From an uncultured Verrucomicrobiae bacterium (GTDB taxonomy: Bacteria > Chlamydiota > Chlamydiia > Chlamydiales > Rhabdochlamydiaceae): 64,000 bases of DNA. Within the stretch, counting starts at the first letter, position 1; every line of letters starts with the position of its first letter. The DNA lies in NCBI GenBank assembly GCA_963718565.1, contig OY970364.1, positions 1,344,001 to 1,408,000 of the forward strand. Direction: 5' to 3'. The notes beneath the pieces are model-generated. The model did not search any database and was not told the origin of the DNA. It saw nothing but the letters and a program-made list of their open reading frames with translations. The translations under genes and the position numbers were made by a program. Below are positions 10,135-18,651 of the stretch, piece by piece.

Positions 10135-11448
10135 ATGCCTACGCGGAAACCGCCTCCTTCCGAAGAAAAACATCTCCCCGAGAAAATCAATCGTCTGCAA
10201 GATGCCATTCCTCCTAAAGATTCTCCAACCGGAAAAGAAAACGCTCGCGAAGAGAAAAAACCGCCTGAAGAAAAGCCAAAAAGCAATCGCAAGAGAAATA
10301 AAGCCATTTTTATTACTCTGCTTATCTTTGTCATCCTGGGGTGTGCTTGGTTTGCTTACTGGCTACTCTATGGTCGATTCCATCAATACACAGATGATGC
10401 TTACGTCGATGGCAATAACGTCGTATTGACCCCACAAGTTCCAGGCATTGTTGTTTCTTTTTCGGCCATGGACGCCGACTATGTTCCGAAGGGAAGAATT
10501 TTAGTCGAGCTAGATAAGACCGATGCGAAAATTGCCCTAGACAAAGCCGTTGCTGATTTAGGCAGTGCAGTTCGCAATGTGATGCAAATGTTTGAGCAAG
10601 CTAAGCAATATGAAGCCCTAGTTGCGATGCGCAAAGCAGAATTCATTAAAGCCGCTCAAGACTATGAGCACCGCAGAAACCTGGTCGATGAGGGTGGCGT
10701 CTCCCTAGAAGATTTCGAGCATGCGGAAGCAGAATTGCAAGCGAATTTTGCCAATTTTATCGCCGCGGAGCATCAATATATCGCAGCCCAAGCACAGATT
10801 GAAAATACAACGGTCGAAACACATCCGATGGTCGACCAAGCGAAAAACCGAGTGCGCGATACCTTCGTCGCTTATCAGCGTTGTACAATCAAAGCTCCTG
10901 TGAGCGGACTTGTGGCACAGCGCACAGTCCAAGTCGGTGAGAGGGTGGACAAAGGACAAGCTTTAATGGCTATTGTTCCCCTGGATCAGATGTGGGTCAA
11001 TGCTAATTTTAAAGAGGTACAGCTCACAAAAATGCGTGTCGGACAACCTGCTGTTGTTCATTCCGATATTTACGGCAGAGAAGTCAAATTTCATGGAAAA
11101 ATTGCCGGCATCGGCGGCGGAACAGGAAGCGTCTTTTCTGTATTGCCCCCGCAAAACGCGACGGGGAATTGGATTAAAATCGTTCAACGGATTCCTGTTC
11201 GAATTATTTTAGATCAAAATCAGATCAAACAATTTCCTCTACGACTTGGCCTTTCCATGGAAGTCACTGTGGACATCAGCGACATAGAAAAACCCTTTGT
11301 CCCCTCGATACGCCCAGAGGGCCCGCTTTATACAACAGATGTCTTCGCAGACCAAGAACAAGGGGCAGAAGAGCTGATTGTTGAAGTGATCGTTGCTAAT
11401 CTTGCCCCCACCTTTATCGAAGACATGACAGAAAGTGAAGGACCATGA
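10135..11448 (+). CDS. emrA: EmrA/HlyD-family membrane fusion protein
   Basis: One TM segment, TDDAYVDGN, ANFKEVQL, SVLPPQNATGNWIKIVQRIPVRI. Confidence 0.93.
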   Translation: MPTRKPPPSEEKHLPEKINRLQDAIPPKDSPTGKENAREEKKPPEEKPKSNRKRNKAIFITLLIFVILGCAWFAYWLLYGRFHQYTDDAYVDGNNVVLTPQVPGIVVSFSAMDADYVPKGRILVELDKTDAKIALDKAVADLGSAVRNVMQMFEQAKQYEALVAMRKAEFIKAAQDYEHRRNLVDEGGVSLEDFEHAEAELQANFANFIAAEHQYIAAQAQIENTTVETHPMVDQAKNRVRDTFVAYQRCTIKAPVSGLVAQRTVQVGERVDKGQALMAIVPLDQMWVNANFKEVQLTKMRVGQPAVVHSDIYGREVKFHGKIAGIGGGTGSVFSVLPPQNATGNWIKIVQRIPVRIILDQNQIKQFPLRLGLSMEVTVDISDIEKPFVPSIRPEGPLYTTDVFADQEQGAEELIVEVIVANLAPTFIEDMTESEGP

Positions 11449-12980
11449 ACGCCTTGACAGGATGGATTCGTTATATTGTCATGTTCGCCTTATCCTCAGC
11501 GACGTTCATGATTGTTCTCGATTACTCCATCGCGAATGTCTCAATTCCCTATATTTCGGGCGACCTTGCTGTAAGCACCGATCAAGGAACTTATGTCATT
11601 ACTTCTTTTGCTGTCGGCAACTCGATCGCTTTACCTATTACTGGATGGCTGACAAAAAGAATAGGCGCGGTTAAATTAATTTGTATTTCTTTATTGCTTT
11701 TCACTTTTTTTTCCTGGGTTTGCGGATCTTCCATCAACATTGAAATGTTAGTCGTCTCGCGTTTTCTGCAAGGCTTCTGTGCTGGACCTTTGATTCCGCT
11801 CAGCCAGACACTTATTGTGATGATTAATCCTCCCGAGAAAAAAAATGCCGCACTCGCCTTTTGGAGTACTATTGTCATCGCCGCTCCCATTTTAGGGCCG
11901 ATCTTAGGAGGGTGGATCTCTTATGATTATCATTGGCCGTGGATTTTTTATATCAATCTTCCTGTTGGTATCGTGAGTGCAGGAATGATCTGGTTTTTTT
12001 TAAAAGACAAAGAAACTCCTCTCAACCGCCCTCCTTTAGATTGGATAGGATTGTTTTTACTGGCTTTAGGTGTGACCTGTTTGCAATTTCTTCTCGATAA
12101 AGGAGAACAATACGACTGGTTTAGATCTGGCCTAATGAGAACAATGGGGATCACCTCTTTTATTTCATTTGCTCTCTTGACTGTTTGGAGTGCCACTACA
12201 ACTCATCCCTTGATCGACCTTAAACTCTTCAAAATCCGCACCTACGCTCTCTCTGTCATCTATATCGGAGTCATGTACGCTCTTTACTTCGGCTCGATTG
12301 TTTTGATCCCCTTGTGGCTTCAAACCAGTATGGGTTACACGTCCATTTGGGCAGGTCTTGCTGTCGCTCCCGTCGGAATAATACCCCTGATTTTTGGTAA
12401 GTTTTCAGGAAAGCTGATGACTAAATATGGCCACACGATTTTGCTCGGAATCTGCTTTGTTTTCTTTGCAATTTCTTGCTTTTTCACAGCCTATATCGAC
12501 ACCGATGTCGACATTTGGCATATCGGTTTCTCGCGATTCTTGGTGGGCTGTGCCCTCTTGTTTTTTATCACTCCTCTGTTTGCTTTAAGCATACAAGACG
12601 TCCCTGAACTAGAACTGGCCAGCGCGACAGGACTGTTTCATTTTGTTCGCGCAATGGTCGGCGGTGTTGGAACTTCCGTGTTTACAACCCTATGGATCCG
12701 CCGCAGCGCTTATCACCATGCTACGGTTGGAGAAAATCTCACAGTCTTTTCCCAGCAGACCACCTCTTTTCTCGAGAAGCTCGGCGAACTGAATCTTCAT
12801 GGCCAAAAAGCTTTGGAACAAATGAATCTGATTTTAGAACAACAGGCGGAAGTGCTTGCCATCAACGACTGTTTTTATCTGATGGGATGGATCTTTTTAG
12901 GCCTGTTAATTTTTCTACCGCTCAGCAGAACAAAAAAGACTCGACCAAACAATGCGCCGACCCTTACCCCTCAAGATTAA
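11445..12980 (+). CDS. emrB: DHA2-family MFS efflux permease
   Basis: FMIVLDYSIANVSIP, GPLIPLSQ, PILGPILGGWI, WIFYINLPVG, LDKGEQYDWF. Start overlaps the emrA stop. Confidence 0.93.
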   Translation: MNALTGWIRYIVMFALSSATFMIVLDYSIANVSIPYISGDLAVSTDQGTYVITSFAVGNSIALPITGWLTKRIGAVKLICISLLLFTFFSWVCGSSINIEMLVVSRFLQGFCAGPLIPLSQTLIVMINPPEKKNAALAFWSTIVIAAPILGPILGGWISYDYHWPWIFYINLPVGIVSAGMIWFFLKDKETPLNRPPLDWIGLFLLALGVTCLQFLLDKGEQYDWFRSGLMRTMGITSFISFALLTVWSATTTHPLIDLKLFKIRTYALSVIYIGVMYALYFGSIVLIPLWLQTSMGYTSIWAGLAVAPVGIIPLIFGKFSGKLMTKYGHTILLGICFVFFAISCFFTAYIDTDVDIWHIGFSRFLVGCALLFFITPLFALSIQDVPELELASATGLFHFVRAMVGGVGTSVFTTLWIRRSAYHHATVGENLTVFSQQTTSFLEKLGELNLHGQKALEQMNLILEQQAEVLAINDCFYLMGWIFLGLLIFLPLSRTKKTRPNNAPTLTPQD

Positions 12981-13027
12981 GAGTCTATAGAGGGAATTGC
13001 AAAACTCAGGTTAAAAGTCTGTCTGCA

Positions 13028-13222
13028 TTATGTGCGGCTCGCCGTAAAATCCCAGACTCCTATTGTCCCTATTGTCTCGTCAGGGGAGTCTGCGTAATAA
13101 GAGCCAGCAGAAAAGAGTTTCCCTTTAATAACAGCAATAGAGCGAATACACTCTTTGCTGTGCGCTTGCAAGATCTCCGTGCCTTTCCCTGTTTCTAAAT
13201 CCCAGACATAAAGTTTGCCTAA
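13028..13222 (-). pseudogene. WD40-repeat gene fragment (C-terminal part)
   Basis: LYVWDLETGKGTEILQAHSKECIRSIAV...IGVWDF. Flanked by family A repeat ends at 13000-13013 and 13225-13251. Confidence 0.7.
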
Positions 13223-13255
13223 GATATGAAAGGAACCCAAAACTCAGGTTAAAAA

Positions 13256-13329
13256 TGCACCGAACAGGACTCGAACCTGTAACCACCCGGTTCGAAGCCG
13301 GGTACTCTATCCGATTGAGCTATCGGTGC
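13256..13329 (-). tRNA. tRNA-Arg(TCG), intact copy
   Basis: GCACCGATAGCTCAATCGGATAGAGTACCCGGCTTCGAACCGGGTGGTTACAGGTTCGAGTCCTGTTCGGTGCA. Perfect acceptor stem, anticodon TCG, GTTCGA T-loop. Confidence 0.95.
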
Positions 13330-13447
13330 AGAAGTTGGCATAGAATAGCGTTCTGAATAGAAAAAGACAAATTAAAAAAATTCTTAATATGGTGCATTTG
13401 GAAGAAAGATCATGTATACCGCGCGCGGGAAGAAAAGGTGGCTTACT

Positions 13448-13552
13448 GGTACGTCCTTAAAAACTCATGGCAAAAGTTGAAGACCATTTTGATCCATGCC
13501 AAACTTACCACTTATCGATCTTGATTGGGCACGGATCGAAATGGTCTTCAAC
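13448..13552. repeat. Palindromic element family C, second copy (inverted, one arm truncated)
   Basis: Reverse complement of about 8388-8492. Its end supplies the TGA stop of the WD40 ORF. Confidence 0.88.
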
Positions 13553-13988
13553 CTCCTGTCTTCAGATCCCAGATCTTGATTGTACCGTCAAGATCGCACG
13601 AAAAGAGTTGCCCGCCAGCACTTGCAAGAGAGATAACCCCGTTTGTATGCCCTAGAAGAGTCGCTATGCATTTTCCTGTTTCTGGATCCCAGACCTTGAT
13701 TGTATGGTCGAAAGAGCTAGACAAGAGTTCCTCGCCGACAGCAGTAAGAAATAAAATCCCCTCCTGATGACCTTTAAGAGGATCATACGAAGGGTACTCT
13801 TTTCTATTAAGATTGAAATAAAAAGTTCTGTAGGCGTCCTGAACATTCTCAATGGTGCTCGAGTCACTATCTGGAAAACGCCTGTCAAAGAGTGCGCGCC
13901 AAATACAGGGACTGTTTTTATCGTTTAGTAACTGATACCAGTCTTTGCAGACTAGGGAGATTTTTCCAATATCATTGGCAAATAAACA
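13548..13988 (-). pseudogene. F-box/WD40-repeat eukaryotic-like protein fragment, 5'-truncated by IS256
   Basis: F-box tail ISLVCKDWYQLLND...IWRALFDRRFP, then WD40 repeats LKGH...SSSFDHTIKVWD and LLGH...DGTIKIWD. The ORF-track N-terminus is IS sequence. Confidence 0.8.
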
Positions 13989-15475
13989 GGTAGTGTAACA
14001 TTGTTTCTGTAAATTCAATTTTTCAAGAAAGTGTTTTGATAATTGAAAAAAAAGTTTGAGATCACATTCTCTTAAGTTTAGACAAACAAACAAAAGAAGA
14101 GGTTATGATCTCAAACAGCACATATGCCCCTGTAATCAACGCATTAGTGGAAGAACTCGGACAACAAGGCTTACACGGCCTCAGCGAACTCTTGAGCAGG
14201 CTCTTCAATGAATTAATGAAGACCGCACGAGAGCAGGTTCTTCAAGCTGGTCCATATGAGCGGACAGAGGCTAGAAAAGGTTATGCTAATGGTTTTAAAG
14301 ATAAAACGGTACAGACTCGTTTTGGAAAATTAGAACTCCAGGTTCCACAAACTCGAGAGATTGCATTCTACCCACAGTGCTTAGAGAAGGGAGAGCGATC
14401 AGAAAGGGCATTAAAATTGGCAATTGCAGAAATGTATGTTCAGGGTGTTTCAACGCGGCGAATAGCTCCAATTGCAAAAGAGCTGTGCGGCTTTGATTTG
14501 AGTTCAACCCAAGTTTCTCGGGTTGCAATGATTCTCGATGAGGAGCTTGAAAAATTCCGCAGGAGAAATTTAGGTCACATCGTTTATCTTTATCTCGATG
14601 CCGATTATCAAAAGGTGAGACACGATGGACACGTCAGAGACATTGCAGTACTAAAAGCTGTTGGAGTGAACAAAGATGGATTTCGAGAAGTGCTTGGCAT
14701 TTCATGCAGTTTATCTGAGGCCGAAGTGCATTGGAGGACATTCCTGGAAGACTTACTCTCTCGAGGATTAAGAGGAGTAGAAATGGTGATTAGCGATGAT
14801 CACTCTGGGCTAAAAGCTGCACTAAGGGCAGTGCTTCCATCGGTTCCTTGGCAGCGCTGTCTTTTTCATCTTGCTCAAAACGCTCAAAGCTATGTCCCAA
14901 ACACGGCAATGCGAGGAGAAATTGCACAAGCGGTACGAGATGTTTATCAAGCCTTGAATCAACAAGAGGCTGAAAAACGAGTTAAGGAAACAGTGCAAAG
15001 ATATGAAAAAAGAGCGCCCAAATTTTGCAATTGGTTTGAAATCAATGCAATTGAGGCAATGACATTTTATCATCGGCCAAGAAGGCACTGGAAACAGATA
15101 AGGACTGTTAATATTGTTGAAAGGCTTAATGGAGAGATTAAGCGGCGAACAAGAGTAGCAAGATTATTTCCCAATGAAGCGTCTTGTGAAAGATTGGTCA
15201 CTGCCGTGGTATCTGAGATACACGATGAATGGATAAGCGGAAAGAGGTATTTGACGTTAGAATAAAATATTGAGGAAAACAACGCTAACACCGATGGAAC
15301 ACTTTTTGTTTAGGGGTGAATTATCTGGCATAAAAAAGTGTCAGATTCGAAAAATTTTTCCTCAAAAGCAAAGTAAAAAGCCGAAGCGTCTCTGACGCGA
15401 GAGGCCGTTTTTATAGTAAGAAATTGACCTAAGTGAAGAAGATTTCAGATTTTACAGAAAAATTGTTGCTTGATC
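13989..15475 (+). mobile_element. IS256-family insertion sequence
   Basis: Imperfect terminal IRs ggtagtgtaacattgtttctgtaaa / tttacagaaaaattgttgcttgatc enclose the transposase. No target-site duplication is visible. Confidence 0.85.
14105..15265 (+). CDS. IS256-family DDE transposase
   Basis: EMYVQGVSTRRI, YLYLDA, VISDDHSGL, WQRCLFH, ERLNGEIKRRTRV..FPN. Confidence 0.96.
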   Translation: MISNSTYAPVINALVEELGQQGLHGLSELLSRLFNELMKTAREQVLQAGPYERTEARKGYANGFKDKTVQTRFGKLELQVPQTREIAFYPQCLEKGERSERALKLAIAEMYVQGVSTRRIAPIAKELCGFDLSSTQVSRVAMILDEELEKFRRRNLGHIVYLYLDADYQKVRHDGHVRDIAVLKAVGVNKDGFREVLGISCSLSEAEVHWRTFLEDLLSRGLRGVEMVISDDHSGLKAALRAVLPSVPWQRCLFHLAQNAQSYVPNTAMRGEIAQAVRDVYQALNQQEAEKRVKETVQRYEKRAPKFCNWFEINAIEAMTFYHRPRRHWKQIRTVNIVERLNGEIKRRTRVARLFPNEASCERLVTAVVSEIHDEWISGKRYLTLE

Positions 15476-15660
15476 AGCTGGGCTAGAGGCCAAGAGAAAA
15501 CTGCTTGGTTCGATCTTTCCAGCAAAATTGACTTTTCAAGATGGAAAATATCGAACCAATGGTCTGAATCCAGCGCTCGCAACTATCCTACAGAAAACCA
15601 AGAACTTACAAAAAGAAAAAACGGGAGACATCGTCATTTCTGAAAATGTCTCCGGGGATG
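15476..15660 (+). pseudogene. C-terminal remnant of a probable large serine recombinase reading into the antisense of tRNA-Arg
   Basis: LEAKRKLLGSIFPAKLTFQDGKYRTNGLNPALATIL...VHQTGLEPV resembles the C-terminal tails of tRNA-targeting recombinase-family proteins. The upstream part is replaced by IS256. Confidence 0.55.
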
Positions 15661-15734
15661 TGCACCAAACAGGACTCGAACCTGTAACCACCCGGTTCGA
15701 AGCCGGGTACTCTATCCGATTGAGCTATCTGTGC
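15661..15734 (-). tRNA. tRNA-Arg(TCG), second copy with an acceptor-stem mismatch (possible pseudo-tRNA)
   Basis: Identical to 13256-13329 except two acceptor-stem changes (GCACAGA/TTGGTGC), giving an A-G mismatch and a G-U pair. Confidence 0.85.
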
Positions 15735-15831
15735 AGAAGTTGGCATGGAATAACGTTCTGAATAGAAAAAGACAAATTAAAAAAATTCTTAAGATGATGC
15801 ATTTGGAGGAAAGATCATGTAATATAGAAAT

Positions 15832-16509
15832 ATGCAGGAAGAAAAGACAGAAGGCATTGTTTTACGCTCTCAAGACTATAAGGAGCGCCACCGCATCATT
15901 ACTCTATTTTCCCCACATGGATTGATCAGCCTGATCGTCAAAAATATCTCACGCAAAAATGCCCGCCTTCTCGCTCTCACTACTCCTTTTAGCCATGGGG
16001 AATACATTTTCCGCCAAAATCGATCAGACCTTTTCCGTTTTTGGGACGGCACCGTTTTCAATGATCATCTCGATCTGCGTCAACATTTAAAATCCCTGCA
16101 AGCAGCTGGAGCCTTAGCTAACGCCATTCTTACCTCTCAAATGATGGGAAAGCCTGCGCCGGCACTGTTTGCTCTTTATAAATCTTATCACAAACAAATC
16201 TGCAGCTTCGAGGATCCTGCCCCGCTGCTTGCGAGTTTCTATCTTAAGCTTCTAAAACACGAGGGGCTTCTCTCACTGTCTCCTCATTGCGCTAGATGTG
16301 AGAAAAACGCAGCGCAGGCCCTTGATAGTGGGGAAAGCTTTTGTTCTCAACATGCGGCGCAAGATTCCATTGTATTTTCTTCTTCCGAATGGAATATTCT
16401 TTTTGCTCTCCATGGTGTTCAACAATTCTCAACGCTGCGCAATCTGACCTTTCCTTTTCTTTTTTTAAAGAAGGTCCAAGCACTTTTTCTCTCCAGGATC
16501 ACCCTCTAG
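15832..16509 (+). CDS. recO: DNA repair protein RecO
   Basis: EGIVLRSQDYKE..RIITLFS..G, FYLKLLKHEG, Zn finger CARC...FCSQH. Confidence 0.93.
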   Translation: MQEEKTEGIVLRSQDYKERHRIITLFSPHGLISLIVKNISRKNARLLALTTPFSHGEYIFRQNRSDLFRFWDGTVFNDHLDLRQHLKSLQAAGALANAILTSQMMGKPAPALFALYKSYHKQICSFEDPAPLLASFYLKLLKHEGLLSLSPHCARCEKNAAQALDSGESFCSQHAAQDSIVFSSSEWNILFALHGVQQFSTLRNLTFPFLFLKKVQALFLSRITL

Positions 16510-16643
16510 TGTAAGGCTTTTGTTCCAGTGGACATTGGGACATGGATCAGCTTATTTAAATCATCAGGGACACAACACAATGAGTGCCCTTAAAAGCAGC
16601 TTGCCCTCACTACTGCAGTCCTTCCTTGGTGATTACACTAAAG
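16504..16643 (-). ncRNA. Candidate structured RNA (rod-like, 6S-RNA-like fold)
   Basis: On the minus strand: 11-bp closing stem CTTTAGTGTAA/TTACACTAGAG, nested CCA/TGG, GGAC/GTCC, AGCT/AGCT, and apical GGGCAC/GTGTCC. G-U pairs favour the minus strand. Confidence 0.4.
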
Positions 16644-16769
16644 CAAATGGATCAGACAAAAAACCCACATTTTTTTTCATCTTTTAACCTGAAGTTGGGT
16701 TAATATTATGAGCAGGGGCATGTAACAGAATCCATTGAACTTATTCAAACCTGATTATATATTATCAGA

Positions 16770-17192
16770 ATGAACAAGTTTTTAAGCATTCAGGAAGCAG
16801 CAAAATGTTTGGGAGTTTCTCCACAAACACTCCGCCGATGGGAAAGACAAAAGAAAATCGTTCCCTGTCATCGCATACAGGGCGGCCAACGCCGCTATAG
16901 TCTCACTCAGTTACAGCCATTTAATTGCGGAGATAAAACCTCTGATCGTCTAACTGTTGCCTACGCAAGAGTTTCGAGTCATGATCAAAAAGAAGATTTA
17001 CAACGACAAGTCCATATGTTAGAAATTTACTGCTTTGCAAAAGGATGGGTGTTTTCGGTAACCAAAGACCTCGGTTCCGGGATGAACTATAATAAACGTG
17101 GGCTAAAACAACTGCTTGAGCAAAATGGTTCAAGAAGCCATAAGAACAAACAGCTTTTGGCCAACCTTCAAAATGCGGTCGCCAATGTCTAA
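16770..17192 (+). pseudogene. tnpA: IS607 TnpA serine recombinase with in-frame internal deletion
   Basis: MerR-like HTH (LSIQEAAKCLGVSPQTLRRWE), YARVSSHDQKEDL and DLGSGMN are present. GLKQLLEQ is fused almost directly to GSRSHKN, so the DRL.RFG...FSARLY segment is missing. Confidence 0.85.
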
Positions 17193-18651
17193 AGAGAATC
17201 TGGTTCTTAAGCTGGGAATTGAAGCAGACCCTCAAACAATTTCTGAGCTCGATGGGCAATCGCGGATCTGTAATTGGCTTTATAATCATCTGCTAGAAAA
17301 AAGCCTGGAACTCAAGCGGGAATTTATCCATTCCGGCAACCCGGAGGCATCAAAGACCCTCTATACAGAAAGAGGACTCAGAAATGAACTTCCAAAACTC
17401 AAGGAAGAGCACCCCTTTCTAAAAGTCGTCCACTCTTCTCCATTAAAAAATACCGCTTTGAGACTTAGTGAAGCAATCCGGGTTCATCAAAAATCAAAAA
17501 AAGGAAAACGGAAAGGCAAACAGATGGGTTGGCCCAAATTTCGGGCCTGGAAACGGGACTGGTTTTCTCTTTTTTACGATGAACCAGAAAAAGGTTTCAA
17601 GATTCACGGCAAAGCCTTGTTCCTCTCCCTTGGAATGGGCCAGGACCGCAAGCGCCGCTTCCTCACTCTCGAATTACCCGAAGCACATCTCCTCAAAGAC
17701 AAAACCCCACGCAATTTGCGCATTATCTCCGAACTGGGAACCTACTATGCCATTTTTACCATTCAGAAAGAACTCCCCATCCGAAAACCCATTTCTAAAA
17801 TCCTCGCACTCGATCCCAATCACAAAAATCTCGCCTATGGTGTTGACACAAGTGGAACAGCCATTGAGATTGCATCTCCTCACTGGCTCAAAACTTACGA
17901 TAAACGCCTGGACGAACTAAAAAGTAAAAGAGACCGCTGTGATAAAAAATCTAAAAAATTCCATGTTCTGGATGAAAAAGGCAATCCCACAGGAAAAGAA
18001 TTCCATCTTCCTTCCAGGCAATGGAGAAAATACGATCATGCCCTAAAAAGCGCACTGCGTAAACGCCGAGAACAGACCAAGACGTTTATGTTTACAAGCG
18101 CACATCGCCTTTTCCGAAATTACGACTGCATTGGAATCGGAGACTATACACCAAATGGCGAAGGCATTACTAAACCAATGCGGCGAGCGATGAATAACCG
18201 ATCCTTGATTGGACGTTGGAAAAACACCCTCTCCTGGGTAGCTCGAAAATCGGGAAAAACCTTTATTGAATTCGACGAGAAAGGGACAACCCGGACCTGT
18301 AGCCACTGCCTGCGGATTGAAGAGCGGGGAATCCCTGTCTCATTGAGACAATGGCAATGTCCACAGTGCAAGACCGTTCACATTCGCGACGAGAATGCCG
18401 CAATTAACGGCTTGAGAAAGATCTTGCGAGATCTTTCAGCAAAAAATGAAGGAGGATATCCTTCAATAGTGTCTGGCTCAGACCTCGCTTTTATCCAAAA
18501 GCGATGGGCCTGGTGTGTTTTGCCTAATGGTGTACATGTGACACCGTGGGGGCAAGACAGCAAAGCAATTTGCAGCATCAGGAAATTAAACCGAGGGCAT
18601 GATAGCCCTCGATCAAAAGTTGATAATTTGGTTATATATGATCAGGTTTGA
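17185..18651 (+). CDS. tnpB: TnpB RNA-guided endonuclease with rearranged (Fanzor-like) RuvC site
   Basis: CNWLYN, GWPKFR, RuvC-I ALDPN, RuvC-II IGIGDY, FDEKGTTRTCSHC...WQCPQC, RuvC-III RDENAAING. Confidence 0.92.
   Translation: MSKENLVLKLGIEADPQTISELDGQSRICNWLYNHLLEKSLELKREFIHSGNPEASKTLYTERGLRNELPKLKEEHPFLKVVHSSPLKNTALRLSEAIRVHQKSKKGKRKGKQMGWPKFRAWKRDWFSLFYDEPEKGFKIHGKALFLSLGMGQDRKRRFLTLELPEAHLLKDKTPRNLRIISELGTYYAIFTIQKELPIRKPISKILALDPNHKNLAYGVDTSGTAIEIASPHWLKTYDKRLDELKSKRDRCDKKSKKFHVLDEKGNPTGKEFHLPSRQWRKYDHALKSALRKRREQTKTFMFTSAHRLFRNYDCIGIGDYTPNGEGITKPMRRAMNNRSLIGRWKNTLSWVARKSGKTFIEFDEKGTTRTCSHCLRIEERGIPVSLRQWQCPQCKTVHIRDENAAINGLRKILRDLSAKNEGGYPSIVSGSDLAFIQKRWAWCVLPNGVHVTPWGQDSKAICSIRKLNRGHDSPRSKVDNLVIYDQV

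Noticed and set aside
15528..15925. ORFs 15528-15761 and 15731-15925 as intact genes
   Set aside because: The first is a remnant running antisense through the tRNA. The second overlaps recO out of frame.
17185..18651. Calling TnpB catalytically dead, or a Cas12
   Set aside because: The missing canonical Glu is plausibly replaced by the Glu before the zinc finger. There is no CRISPR array, and the context is IS607.
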